The notes under the pieces: model-generated | What the model was told of the DNA's origin: nothing | Databases searched by the model: none | Seen by the model: the letters and a program-made list of their open reading frames with translations, nothing else | Assembly: GCA_037443085.1 (NCBI GenBank) | Contig: JBBIPA010000003.1 | Coordinates: forward strand, 26,534 to 89,500 | Direction: 5' to 3' | Length of the DNA: 62,967 nt | Source: Chloroflexota bacterium | Lineage (GTDB): Bacteria > Chloroflexota > Dehalococcoidia > GIF9 > UBA5629 | Position numbers and translations under genes: made by a program | Part shown: piece by piece, positions 27,197-37,087 of the stretch | Numbering within the stretch: the stretch's first letter is position 1 | Layout: the number at the start of each line of letters is the position of its first letter

Positions 27197-28457
27197 GACA
27201 ATGAAAGTAGGGCAGCGCTACAAAATACTCTATGAAATAGCCCATGAGCTTAACTCTGGACTGTCATCAGACCAGGTGCTGTCCACCATTGTAGAAATGC
27301 TGTGCAAAGCAGCAGAAGCCAAAGGATGTTCTCTAATGTTATTGTCTCCAGACCAGAAACAATTGATACACACCGTAGCTTACGGGCTGAGCGACTGGTA
27401 TATGCGCAAGGGGCCTGTGGTGGTGGATAAAAATATCGCCCAGGCACTAGATGGCAAACCGATGGCGGTTTTGGATGCTACCACCGACCCCCGTGTTCAA
27501 TATCGAGAGCAAGCCAGAAAAGAAGGCATCGTATCCATGCTGTCGCTGCCCATCATGCGGAGTGGTACGGTCATCGGCATCATTCGTATTTATACCTCTG
27601 AGCCGCGCAAATTCTCAGCACGCGAAATAGAGTTCTTCGGCGCTATGGCTAACCTGGGTGCCATCGCCCTGGAGAGAGCGGAGAGACACGAGTCAGTAGA
27701 CCGTGACCTCAACCAGTGCCGCATCGAACGCAGCAATCTGGAAGAAGACAAGAAAAAATTCCTGCGATTCGTCAGTATGGCTGCCCATGACCTGAAAGCC
27801 CCCCTCGCCGCCATCCAGAGCTTCCTCAGGGTCATGCTCGATGGCTATGTGGGAGAGCTTAATGAGAAGCAAAGGCATATGATGGAACGGTCTTCGCTGA
27901 GAATCACCGAGCTACTGAAACTCATCAGCGACCTGCTCGATATTCCCCGCATCGAGCAGGGGCAACTGGTACAGGAGATGCAGGATGTCTCTATAGAGAC
28001 GATTATTAATAACTTCGCCGAGGAGGGCATCAGCCTGGCAAAACAAAAGGGATTAACATTCACACTGAACGTCGCTCCCAATCTCCCCACTATCAAAGGC
28101 TCACCACCCAGGCTACAGCAGGTAATCGTCAACCTGGTGAACAATGCCACCGCCTATACCAAAGAGGGCGGGGTAACCATCCGCGCCAGAGAAGCAGACA
28201 ATGAAGTGCTTGTGGAAGTAATAGACACTGGCTGTGGCATTCCATCCGAGGAACTGCCCCGAATATTCGAAGATTTTTTCCGGGGCAGCAACACTGGTGC
28301 CAGAGGTACTGGACTGGGACTTCCCATCGCTAAAAGGATTATTGAGGCTCACGAAGGCAGAATCTGGACTGAAAGCCCCGACCCGGAAACAGGCAAAGGG
28401 AGCAAATTCAGTTTTACCATTCCTGTAAAGGGCAGGGCAGGACAAGCTCCTAGATAG
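27177..28457 (+). CDS. GAF-domain sensor histidine kinase (HisKA + HATPase_c)
   Basis: GAF N-terminus, H-box FVSMAAHDLKAPL, N/G boxes (NLVNNATAY, DTGCGI, GTGLGLPIAKR). An alternative start lies at 27201. Confidence 0.9.
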   Translation: MLSVRARTMKVGQRYKILYEIAHELNSGLSSDQVLSTIVEMLCKAAEAKGCSLMLLSPDQKQLIHTVAYGLSDWYMRKGPVVVDKNIAQALDGKPMAVLDATTDPRVQYREQARKEGIVSMLSLPIMRSGTVIGIIRIYTSEPRKFSAREIEFFGAMANLGAIALERAERHESVDRDLNQCRIERSNLEEDKKKFLRFVSMAAHDLKAPLAAIQSFLRVMLDGYVGELNEKQRHMMERSSLRITELLKLISDLLDIPRIEQGQLVQEMQDVSIETIINNFAEEGISLAKQKGLTFTLNVAPNLPTIKGSPPRLQQVIVNLVNNATAYTKEGGVTIRAREADNEVLVEVIDTGCGIPSEELPRIFEDFFRGSNTGARGTGLGLPIAKRIIEAHEGRIWTESPDPETGKGSKFSFTIPVKGRAGQAPR

Positions 28458-28466
28458 GAGAGAGAA

Positions 28467-28865
28467 ATGGCAGGTAAGAAGATTTTGATAGTTGATGATG
28501 ACCCGGATATCAGGGATATATTGAGCCTGGTGCTTGAAGCTCAGGGATACCAGGTGAGCACCGCCAGTGATGGGCTGGAATTCTTTGTTCGATTGGGCAA
28601 AGACAAGCCTGACCTGCTTATCCTTGACCTCCTCATGCCCAAGATGGATGGATTTGCAGTGTACAAAGAGCTTAGAAATCCCAGGTGGGCAGCCTACCAG
28701 GATATGCCTATCCTGGTACTCACCTCAGTGCGTGAAGAAGCCAGTAAGAGACGCTATGAGTTGGAAACAGGGCAGACCCTGGATGTTGATTGTTACGTAG
28801 AAAAACCAATATCACCAGAAGCGCTGGTGGAAACAGCCAGGAAGCTCCTCAACCAAAAAACATAA
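28467..28865 (+). CDS. Single-domain response regulator (CheY-like)
   Basis: 132 aa with ILIVDDDPD...DLLILDLLMPKMDG...K. Confidence 0.9.
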   Translation: MAGKKILIVDDDPDIRDILSLVLEAQGYQVSTASDGLEFFVRLGKDKPDLLILDLLMPKMDGFAVYKELRNPRWAAYQDMPILVLTSVREEASKRRYELETGQTLDVDCYVEKPISPEALVETARKLLNQKT

Positions 28866-28908
28866 ATGAGCATCGCTATTACAAAAGTCGAAAGGAGGTA
28901 ATAAGAAA

Positions 28909-29298
28909 ATGAAATGTAAACCCAAAATACTGCTTATTGATGATGACCCGGATTTCGTCGAAGCCACCAAACTGGTACTGGAGAGCAAGCCCTACGAAGT
29001 AGTCACCGCCGCCGATGGCAGTGAAGGTATAGCCAAGGCAAGGAAGGAAAAACCTGACCTCATCATCCTTGACATCATTATGCCGGTTAAAAATGGTTTT
29101 AATGCTGCCGAGGAACTTAAGAAAGATGCCGAATTACAGAAAATACCGGTCATCATGCTCACCAGCTTTGGGCAAAAGGTCAGTGAAACCAATCTAAGCC
29201 TTAGCCAGGGAATGATGCTGGACACCGAGGATTATATCGACAAGCCGGTGGAGCCTGAAGAGCTGTTCAAGAGGATAGAAAATCAGCTGAAAAAGTAG
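28909..29298 (+). CDS. Single-domain response regulator (CheY-like)
   Basis: 129 aa with ILLIDDDPD...DLIILDIIMPVKNG. Confidence 0.9.
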   Translation: MKCKPKILLIDDDPDFVEATKLVLESKPYEVVTAADGSEGIAKARKEKPDLIILDIIMPVKNGFNAAEELKKDAELQKIPVIMLTSFGQKVSETNLSLSQGMMLDTEDYIDKPVEPEELFKRIENQLKK

Positions 29299-29802
29299 CT
29301 ATTCGATGCGGGTATCACGACCCACGGGCAGATACCCTTCTTTGCCCGCAAATTTGCCGCGCAAGTCGCGTAACCTGGCACCGATAACGCGTACCAATCC
29401 CTTCATAATCTCATAGCCAAGGGAATGATTGCTATCCATCAAGTCGCTGAGTTCAGCACCGTTTACTATCATCACTGACGAGGGCTTTACGCAGACTGCA
29501 GACAGGGTGAGAGAATGAGGAGACACCAGAGACGACCAGCCAAACACATCTCCCTTGGTTATAGCATCCACCGGGACCTGTGACACCTGCCTGGTACCCT
29601 CATGGTGCACATCGATAACCAACCTCACCTCACCCTCTTCCAGAATATAGAAGTCACTGGCTCTTACATTCTCATGAAAGATAAAGATGCCTTCCTTATA
29701 GGTTTCCCTTCTCCATGAATGGAGTGTCGCTATTTTCTCCAGGTCACAGTCATCCAATCCCACAAACACCTCGCACCGCTTCAATATCGAAACTATGTCC
29801 AT
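29299..29802 (-). CDS. Cyclic nucleotide-binding domain protein (no DNA-binding domain)
   Basis: 167 aa with a cNMP-binding beta-barrel pattern (FIFHENVRASDFYILEEGEVRL...GDVFGWSSL). Its stop abuts the stop of the convergent gene. Confidence 0.8.
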   Translation of the reverse strand: MDIVSILKRCEVFVGLDDCDLEKIATLHSWRRETYKEGIFIFHENVRASDFYILEEGEVRLVIDVHHEGTRQVSQVPVDAITKGDVFGWSSLVSPHSLTLSAVCVKPSSVMIVNGAELSDLMDSNHSLGYEIMKGLVRVIGARLRDLRGKFAGKEGYLPVGRDTRIE

Positions 29803-29913
29803 TTAAACTTCCTTTCAGATGAGCAATGGCACAGGCACTATCCCAAACCCATGCCCATTATAGCCAGTGTCATGCTGCAGGTAAAGCACCACCGTTATCC
29901 GCACTGGATCTAG

Positions 29914-29996
29914 CATCATCACCTAAAAATAGGGTAATATCCCCCTGTTTTTTGAGGTAAAGACCTCTTCTCCTCGCCAGATACATCGTTTAACAT
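29914..29996 (+). repeat. Conserved ~85-nt upstream element, copy B
   Basis: See copy A. It lies in the divergent region between the cNMP-binding gene and the FdhA-like operon and ends about 60 nt before the start at 30057. Confidence 0.75.
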
Positions 29997-30056
29997 TGCT
30001 ACAGCTAAAACAGCCCGCCAGAATAGTAACAGTAGAACTCAGGGAGGCACGTAACA

Positions 30057-32723
30057 TTGGAAATGATTACCATCACTCTCAACGGGCGTGAGGTAAGCGG
30101 ACAGGCTGGCATGACTATACTGGCCCTAGCACGAGAATCAGGTGTTGATATTCCCACTCTGTGCCATGACCCCAACCTGCCTTCGGTTGGCGCTTGCCGT
30201 ATTTGCATAGTGGAAGATGAGCGCACCGGGGCATTAATGGCATCCTGCGTCACCCCTATTGCACCGGGAATGGTGATCAACACGCAATCCCCCAAGGTAA
30301 AAGAGCGACGCAGCATCTCGCTGAAACTGATGCTGGCCAGCCATCCCGACACCTGCATGGTCTGTGATAAAGGCAACTGCTGCGACCTGCGCAGAATCGC
30401 CTCCGAGATGGGCATCGGCTTCATCGACTTCCAGAGAATACCCCAATCAGACGTCATCGAAGAGGTCAACCCCTTTATCCAGCGCGACCTGAGCAAATGC
30501 ATTCTTTGTGCCAAATGCATCAGAGCCGACCAGGAGCTAGTAGTGGTGGGGGCTATTGACTACCTTCATCGCGGCTTCATCTCCAAACCGTCAACGCTTA
30601 ACGACCAGCCACTGGAAAAATCCGAGTGCAACTTCTGTGGCACCTGTGTCGCCATGTGTCCCACCGGCGCCCTGTCCGAAAAAGAAAAAATATATCGAGG
30701 AACTACCAGCAAAACCGTCCGCTCCATTTGCCCCTATTGCGGCTGTGGTTGTGGCATCTTACTGGAAATCAAAGACGACTACCTCATACGGAGCATGCCC
30801 GATAACAACAATCCTCTCAACCGCGGTACCCTGTGCGTCAGAGGTAGCTACGGCTACGATTTTGTGCACAGCCGGGAAAGGCTCACCAATCCCCTGCTCA
30901 AGGCAGATGGGGAATTTAAGGCGGTAAGTTGGGAAGAAGCGCTGGGTTTCACAGCCACAGAATTGAAACGAATAAAAGAATCCCACGGAGCTCATAACCT
31001 GGCTGTCCTAGGCTCATCCAAATGCACCAACGAGGACAATTACCTGCTGCAAAAGTTCGCCCGATGCGCGCTGGGTACCAATAATATCGACAACGGCAGC
31101 AGATTGTACAGCTCTGATAATTATGTAAACCTGGGCGAAGCTACTGGCTACTGGGGCACTACTGGCTCCCTTGATAACCTGGAGAAATCCCAGGTAATTC
31201 TGGTAATCGGCGCCAACCCGTCTGCCTCAGCACCACTGGTGGAATATGCTATCAAGCGTGCCGTCAAATACAAGGACGCCAAGCTCATTCTAATAGACCC
31301 GATGCCCACCGGTCTCTCGGCATTTGTCCATCTCTGGCTGCACCACAAGGCAGGCACTGATACGGTGCTGCTCAACGGTTTAGCCAGGATAATAATAGAT
31401 AAAAACCTTTTGGATAGAGAACACATCTCAGCAAAAAAGGCTGACCTCGAAGAATTCGCTTCCAGCCTGAAAAAGTATACCGTCAAGCATGTTGAAAGGA
31501 TTAGCGGTGTCCCTGCTGAAGAGCTTCAGCAAGCTGCCAGGCTCATCGCCACAGCCGGGCAAATCTCTATAGTCCACGGCAATGGCATCGCCCAGCAGCT
31601 TAACAGCACAAGCTGCTCTACCGCCATGGTTAATTTAGCAACGCTCATAGGCGATATTGGAGATAAGGTAAATATCTATGCCCTGCATAGAGATAGCAAC
31701 GGTCAGGGCTCCTGTGATATGGGCTCCATACCCCATTTCCTGCCGGGCTACCAGTCTCCAGATGACACTGAAACCAGAAGTAAATTTGAATCCCGTTGGG
31801 GATACCGCCTGCCTGACAGGAAAGGCTTGACCGCCCTGGAAATGGTACAGCAGGTCAGGGAAGGCAGTGTCAGGGCAATGTACATTGTGGGTGAGAACCC
31901 CGCTCTGAGCTTTCCTCAGTCATCTCTGGTGAAACAAACCCTGGAATCACTGGAGTTCCTGGTTGTACAGGACATGTTCCTCACCGAAACAGCCAGGCTG
32001 GCTAAAGTAGTGCTGCCAGCATCATCTTTCGCCGAAAAAAACGGCTCCTTCACCAATTTCGAGGGAAGAATACAAAAGCTGAATAGGGCACTGCCGCCAT
32101 TGGGCAACAGCCTGCCCGACTGGCAAATCATATCGAAGCTATCAACCTCTATGGGCTACGGAATGTCCTATGCCTCACCGGATGACATCATGAACGAAAT
32201 CAAGGAACTGGTGCCGCTGTACCGCGACGCCCAGCGTACCTCGCCGGCACCCGATAGCAGTCAGCTCGCCAGCAGACAAAACACTGATAAAAAAGCTGCA
32301 AGCAAATCGGCAGCCTTCCACATTACGGAATACACACCTTTGCCCGAAAAGCAGCCGCAGGGATATCCTTTCACCCTGTTCGCTGGCAGTACGCTGTACC
32401 ACTTCGGCGGCGGTACCAGAAGCTCCCGAGCCTCACGCCTCAAGAAATTCCTGCCCGAGGCATATATAGAGATCAACCCGTCAGATGCTGAAAGCATCAG
32501 CATTAAGAACGGCGATAGAGTCAAGGTCTCCTCGCCTGCTGGCGAAGTGGCCGCTGTGGCCAGAATCAGCGACATGGTCAGTCAAGGGATGGTTTTCATG
32601 CCCATATCCTTCCCCAGCAGCCCGGTAACAACGCTATTCGACCTTGTCCTGGAACCGCAATCAAAAACCCCGGCAATGAAAACATGCCCAGTAAAACTAG
32701 AAAGGATTGACAGCCATGGCTGA
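30057..32723 (+). CDS. NuoG/FdhA-like Fe-S molybdopterin-oxidoreductase-family subunit, cytoplasmic, lacking the FDH Sec/Cys-His pair
   Basis: 888 aa with 2Fe-2S (CHDPN..CRIC), HPDTCMVCDKGNCC, two 4Fe-4S ferredoxin motifs and CPYCGCGCG of the MopB domain. IDNGSRLYSSD occupies the place of IDxxARxU/CH in FDH. No Tat signal. TTG at 30057 follows AGGGAGG; an alternative ATG is at 30063. Confidence 0.85.
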   Translation: MEMITITLNGREVSGQAGMTILALARESGVDIPTLCHDPNLPSVGACRICIVEDERTGALMASCVTPIAPGMVINTQSPKVKERRSISLKLMLASHPDTCMVCDKGNCCDLRRIASEMGIGFIDFQRIPQSDVIEEVNPFIQRDLSKCILCAKCIRADQELVVVGAIDYLHRGFISKPSTLNDQPLEKSECNFCGTCVAMCPTGALSEKEKIYRGTTSKTVRSICPYCGCGCGILLEIKDDYLIRSMPDNNNPLNRGTLCVRGSYGYDFVHSRERLTNPLLKADGEFKAVSWEEALGFTATELKRIKESHGAHNLAVLGSSKCTNEDNYLLQKFARCALGTNNIDNGSRLYSSDNYVNLGEATGYWGTTGSLDNLEKSQVILVIGANPSASAPLVEYAIKRAVKYKDAKLILIDPMPTGLSAFVHLWLHHKAGTDTVLLNGLARIIIDKNLLDREHISAKKADLEEFASSLKKYTVKHVERISGVPAEELQQAARLIATAGQISIVHGNGIAQQLNSTSCSTAMVNLATLIGDIGDKVNIYALHRDSNGQGSCDMGSIPHFLPGYQSPDDTETRSKFESRWGYRLPDRKGLTALEMVQQVREGSVRAMYIVGENPALSFPQSSLVKQTLESLEFLVVQDMFLTETARLAKVVLPASSFAEKNGSFTNFEGRIQKLNRALPPLGNSLPDWQIISKLSTSMGYGMSYASPDDIMNEIKELVPLYRDAQRTSPAPDSSQLASRQNTDKKAASKSAAFHITEYTPLPEKQPQGYPFTLFAGSTLYHFGGGTRSSRASRLKKFLPEAYIEINPSDAESISIKNGDRVKVSSPAGEVAAVARISDMVSQGMVFMPISFPSSPVTTLFDLVLEPQSKTPAMKTCPVKLERIDSHG

Positions 32724-33222
32724 ACCAAAACAGCTACCAACCCCTGATATGGCACGAGTACATGAGCTTATCGAAAGCTCCCGTGGTGAACGATGGGCAT
32801 TAATCCCGTTGCTTCAAAAAATACAGGAGGCGATTGGCTACATACCTCCCCAGTCTGTTCAGCCGATTGCCCGGACTACGGGTCTATTCCCGTCACAGGT
32901 GCAGGGAGTAATCTCTTTTTATACACAACTGTATACCAAGCCACAGGGCAAGAACATGGTCAGAGTATGCCGCGGCACCGCCTGTCACGTGCGCGGTGGC
33001 AGGACCATACTCAAGCTGGTGAAGCAGTATCTCAGCGTTGAGGAGGGCGAAACCACTCCTGACTACGAGTACACCCTGGAGACAGTAGCCTGCATCGGCG
33101 TTTGTGCCCTGGCGCCCAACATGGTTATCGGCAACACTACTTACGGTCACTTAAATCCCAAGAAAATAGCACAGTTATTCGGTAGCAGACAGTTGTACGG
33201 CGGTAAGAAGAACGAGGATTAA
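32716..33222 (+). CDS. NuoE/HydC-type [2Fe-2S] thioredoxin-like subunit
   Basis: VCRGTACHVRG...ACIGVCALAP motif pattern. The ATG overlaps the upstream stop (ATGGCTGA). Confidence 0.88.
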   Translation: MAEPKQLPTPDMARVHELIESSRGERWALIPLLQKIQEAIGYIPPQSVQPIARTTGLFPSQVQGVISFYTQLYTKPQGKNMVRVCRGTACHVRGGRTILKLVKQYLSVEEGETTPDYEYTLETVACIGVCALAPNMVIGNTTYGHLNPKKIAQLFGSRQLYGGKKNED

Positions 33223-33223
33223 T

Positions 33224-36200
33224 ATGCCAGAACAGAAGATTATTCTTGTTTGCCAGGGCACAGGATGTATTTCCAGCGGATCTGACATTGTTTATGCCGC
33301 ACTAAAAGCAGCGGTAACCCAACACAAACTCAAAAACGTCAGTGTGGACTTCACTGGTTGCCATGGCTTCTGTGAGCAGGGACCAAATGTTGTAATTGAA
33401 CCCGGAGGTATTTTCTATACCCATGTCCAAGCTGAAGATGCGCCAGACATCATCACTTCACATCTGCGCGACGGAAAACATGTAGAACGACTCTTCTATG
33501 TTGACCCGTCAACTGGGAAAGCCATACCCCAGTACAATGAGATCAACTTTTACCAAAAACAGCAGCGTGTTATCCTCCGTAACTGTGGTCACATCAATCC
33601 TGAAAACATCGATGACTATATCAGCAGGGGCGGCTATCAAGCATTGAAAAAAGCTCTCCTTAAAATGAAACCTGAAGAGGTTATCGAGGAAATCAAAGGA
33701 TCCGGCCTTCGCGGTCGCGGCGGTGCCGGTTTCCCCACTGGACGTAAGTGGGAATTCTGTCGAAATTCTCCAGGTGACATCAAATACGTCATCTGCAACG
33801 CCGATGAGGGCGACCCCGGCGCCTTCATGGACCGTTCTATTCTGGAAGCCGATCCTCACGCCGTTATCGAAGGCTTAACTATCGCCGGCTATGCTATAGG
33901 GGCCGCTGAAGGATACATATATGTCCGCGCTGAATACCCACTGGCAGTCAAACGATTCTATGCAGCCCTGGAACAAGCCAGTACCAAAGGTTTCCTCGGC
34001 AATAACATCCTCAATTCAGGCGTTAATTTCATTATTCACGTGAAAGAGGGAGCTGGTGCCTTTGTCTGTGGCGAGGAAACTGCCCTCATGGCTTCTATCG
34101 AAGGCAAACGCGGCATGCCCCGCCCTCGCCCACCTTTCCCGGCACAATTCGGCCTCGATGGCAAGCCCAGCAACATTAATAACGTCAAAACTATGGCCAC
34201 CGTCCCTATCATTATCGATAAAGGAGCCGAATGGTTTTCCAAGATAGGCACTGAGAAAAGCCCGGGCACTGCTGTCTTTGCCCTCACCGGCAAAATCGCC
34301 AATAGCGGACTGGTGGAAGTGCCCATGGGCACACCACTATCCAATATCATCTTTGATATCGGTGGTGGCATCCCCCGTGGCAGAAGCTTCAAGGCAGTGC
34401 AGACCGGCGGTCCCTCGGGCGGCTGTATCCCAGCGCGGTTCATTGACACACCGGTAGAGTACGACACGCTCGCCAAGCTTGGCTCCATCATGGGGTCAGG
34501 CGGCATGGTGGTACTTGATGAAGCCACCTGCATGGTTGAGGTGGCACGCTACTTTCTCAGCTTTACCCAGACAGAGTCCTGTGGCAAATGTGTCCCCTGC
34601 CGCCTGGGCACCAGGCAGATGCTGGAGATACTGACCAGAATCACGCAGGGCAGAGGAGAAACCAGTGACCTTGATACTCTGCTTGCCATAGCCAGGACAG
34701 TCAAAGATTGCTCGCTCTGTGGCCTGGGACAAACCTGTCCCAATCCTGTGCTCACCACCCTGAACTATTTCCGTGACGAATATGAAGCACATATTAAGGA
34801 CAAAAAGTGCCCGGCGGCTGTATGCGACGCACTGATGATATCTCCCTGCCAGCACACCTGCCCTGTGGGCATTAACATTCCCAAATACGTTGCCCACATC
34901 GCCGCCGGAGAATATCTGGAGTCCATCCAAACCATCAGAGACAGAAATCCTTTCGCCGCAGTCTGCGGACGTATCTGCCACCATCCCTGCGAGGGCAGGT
35001 GCCGCCGTGGTGAACTGGATGCCCCCGTCGCCATTCGCTCGCTCAAGCGCTTCTCTGCCGACTGGTATGCTGAGCATTTTACTGAACTACCACCACCCGA
35101 ACCCTTCCCCAGAACCAAACCACAGAACATAGCCGTGGTCGGTGCTGGTCCTACCGGCTTAAGCTGCGCCTACTACCTGGCACAGCTGGGTTACGGTGTC
35201 ACCGTGTTTGAAGCCCTGCCGGTGGGTGGAGGCATGTTATCCGTGGCCCTGCCAGAATTTCGTCTGCCCCAGAAAATAATCCAGGAAGACATTGACTACA
35301 TCACTAAACGCGGCGTGAAAATAAAATACGACACACCTATTAACGTCAATCTCACTGTAGAAGACCTGAAGAAAGATGGTTTTATCGCAGTCTTCATTGC
35401 CGCTGGCGCGCAGAGAAGCCAGCGTTTAGGCATACCCGGCGAGGTGGAAGACCTTGAAGGTTTCTACTATGGACTCAGGTTCCTCAGAGATATCAAGGTC
35501 GGCAAAACTGTTAAGGTCGGCCACAAAGTAGCGGTCATCGGCGGTGGCAACGTAGCGCTCGATGCAGCGCGCACCGCCTTACGCCTCGGCGCCGACGATG
35601 TCGAAATCTTCTACCGTCGCTCCAGGGAAGAAATGCCGGTCACTGAGATCGAATATGACGAGGCGGTCGCCGAAGGCATAGACATCAATTTCCTGGTCAG
35701 TCCCACTCGCATTGTAAGCGATAAGTGGAAGGTTACCGGATTACAATGTGTCCGCATGCAGCTAGGCGAGATGGATGAAAGTGGACGACGTCGCCCTGTG
35801 GCCATCCCTGGCTCCGATTTTCTTGCCTCAGCAGATACTGTTATTGCTGCAGTAGGCCAAGCACCAGACCTGTCCTTCCTGCCTCCAGATAGCGCCCTGG
35901 AGCGCACCCGCTGGGAAACGTTGAAGGTCGACTCCCATACTCTGTCAACCAATATCCCCGGCGTCTTTGCTGGTGGCGATTTCGTCACTGGACCCGGGAT
36001 GGTAATCCATGCGATCGCTGCGGGCAAGAGAGGCGCCCTCGCCATAGATAAATACCTCAGAGGCGATACCACCTGGATAGAAATGTACGACATTAAGACA
36101 GAGGTTATCTTACCAGCCGCGGCCAAGACGGAAGAAGAAGAATGGAAGCAGCAAGGTCGTGTAGAAGTACCCACGCTTCCCACTGAACAAAGAAAACGCA

Positions 36201-36286
36201 GCTTCGAAGAAATCGAGCTTAGCTTCGGAGAAGATATTGCCATACAGGAAGCCAAACGATGCTTGAGATGCGACCTCGAGAAATAA
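33224..36286 (+). CDS. NuoF-like NADH/FMN/Fe-S subunit fused to a GltD/NfnB-like NADPH flavoprotein domain
   Basis: 1020 aa. N-terminal 2Fe-2S (CQGTGC..CHGFCEQGP), GRGGAGFPTGRKWEF, ADEGDPGAF, ESCGKCVPCRLG, then CGRICHHPCEGRCRRG, VVGAGPTGLSCAYYL and VIGGGNVALDAA. Confidence 0.88.
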   Translation: MPEQKIILVCQGTGCISSGSDIVYAALKAAVTQHKLKNVSVDFTGCHGFCEQGPNVVIEPGGIFYTHVQAEDAPDIITSHLRDGKHVERLFYVDPSTGKAIPQYNEINFYQKQQRVILRNCGHINPENIDDYISRGGYQALKKALLKMKPEEVIEEIKGSGLRGRGGAGFPTGRKWEFCRNSPGDIKYVICNADEGDPGAFMDRSILEADPHAVIEGLTIAGYAIGAAEGYIYVRAEYPLAVKRFYAALEQASTKGFLGNNILNSGVNFIIHVKEGAGAFVCGEETALMASIEGKRGMPRPRPPFPAQFGLDGKPSNINNVKTMATVPIIIDKGAEWFSKIGTEKSPGTAVFALTGKIANSGLVEVPMGTPLSNIIFDIGGGIPRGRSFKAVQTGGPSGGCIPARFIDTPVEYDTLAKLGSIMGSGGMVVLDEATCMVEVARYFLSFTQTESCGKCVPCRLGTRQMLEILTRITQGRGETSDLDTLLAIARTVKDCSLCGLGQTCPNPVLTTLNYFRDEYEAHIKDKKCPAAVCDALMISPCQHTCPVGINIPKYVAHIAAGEYLESIQTIRDRNPFAAVCGRICHHPCEGRCRRGELDAPVAIRSLKRFSADWYAEHFTELPPPEPFPRTKPQNIAVVGAGPTGLSCAYYLAQLGYGVTVFEALPVGGGMLSVALPEFRLPQKIIQEDIDYITKRGVKIKYDTPINVNLTVEDLKKDGFIAVFIAAGAQRSQRLGIPGEVEDLEGFYYGLRFLRDIKVGKTVKVGHKVAVIGGGNVALDAARTALRLGADDVEIFYRRSREEMPVTEIEYDEAVAEGIDINFLVSPTRIVSDKWKVTGLQCVRMQLGEMDESGRRRPVAIPGSDFLASADTVIAAVGQAPDLSFLPPDSALERTRWETLKVDSHTLSTNIPGVFAGGDFVTGPGMVIHAIAAGKRGALAIDKYLRGDTTWIEMYDIKTEVILPAAAKTEEEEWKQQGRVEVPTLPTEQRKRSFEEIELSFGEDIAIQEAKRCLRCDLEK

Positions 36287-36340
36287 ATCAACAGCCCGCA
36301 GCGGGGATTGAAAGGGGCAAAGCCCATTTTACAACTGACT

Positions 36341-36393
36341 TCATCCCCTCTCTCCTTGATAGGGAGAGAGGGGCAAGGGGTGAGAGGTTGTTA
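36341..36393. repeat. Palindromic REP-like element (CCCCTCTCTCC-ttgata-GGGAGAGAGGGG + GCAAGGGGTGAGAGGTT), copy upstream of metV
   Basis: Perfect 11-bp stem at 36345-36355/36362-36372. A related degenerate copy lies at 38002-38050. Confidence 0.75.
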
Positions 36394-36425
36394 CAAACCT
36401 TACTGGCTGCCTAAGGAGGACTTTG

Positions 36426-37070
36426 ATGAAATCTATTACCAAGCAGAAACCATTCGATGAAATAATGAAGCTCTTGGAAGGCTGTGACCGGGTCTTCATT
36501 ACAGGCTGCGGCACCTGTACTACTATGACCAAAACTGGCGGCATTGACCAGGTTCTGGAAATGAAGCAGTGGCTGCAGGATACCGGCAAGCTGGTAACCG
36601 GCTGGGTGGTGATTCCCACCAGTTGCGACGATATGACCGAGACGCACCTCAAGGAGAGCAGTGCCGCCATCCAGAATACCAACTGCATCCTGGTCATGTC
36701 CTGTGCGCTGGGATTATTTAAGATAAACTCCTACATAAGCAAGCGCGCCGTGCCCGCAGTGGATACCTTATTCATCGGCGTTGAGGATGTGCCCGGCAAC
36801 TTCTACGAAGTCTGTGCCCAGTGCGGCCAGTGTGTCCTGGGCTTTACTGCAGGTATTTGCCCCATCACCTTCTGCCATAAAAGCCTGCTTAATGGCCCCT
36901 GCGGCGGCACCAACAAGGGCAAATGCGAGGTAGATAAAGACAAGGACTGTGCCTGGACGCTTATCTATAATCGACTCAAGGAGCAGAACAGGCTGGATTT
37001 GATGCGCCAGCACCTGCCGCCCAAGAACTACCAAGCAGCGCCCAAACCGCGAAAGATTAAAATCGCTTGA
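36426..37070 (+). CDS. metV: Methylene-tetrahydrofolate reductase small subunit MetV (MTHFR_C family)
   Basis: CGTCTTM..., CAQCGQCVL, CHKSLLNGPCGGTNKGKCEVD hallmark. ATG at 36426 lies 6 nt after GGAGG. Confidence 0.85.
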   Translation: MKSITKQKPFDEIMKLLEGCDRVFITGCGTCTTMTKTGGIDQVLEMKQWLQDTGKLVTGWVVIPTSCDDMTETHLKESSAAIQNTNCILVMSCALGLFKINSYISKRAVPAVDTLFIGVEDVPGNFYEVCAQCGQCVLGFTAGICPITFCHKSLLNGPCGGTNKGKCEVDKDKDCAWTLIYNRLKEQNRLDLMRQHLPPKNYQAAPKPRKIKIA

Positions 37071-37087
37071 GCGAAGGAGATACCGCC

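Noticed and set aside
30057-32723. Annotating the 888-aa protein as selenocysteine- or cysteine-type formate dehydrogenase alpha subunit.
   Set aside because: There is no in-frame TGA, and the active-site motif reads RLYSS instead of RxU/CH. It is retained only as an FdhA/NuoG-like scaffold.
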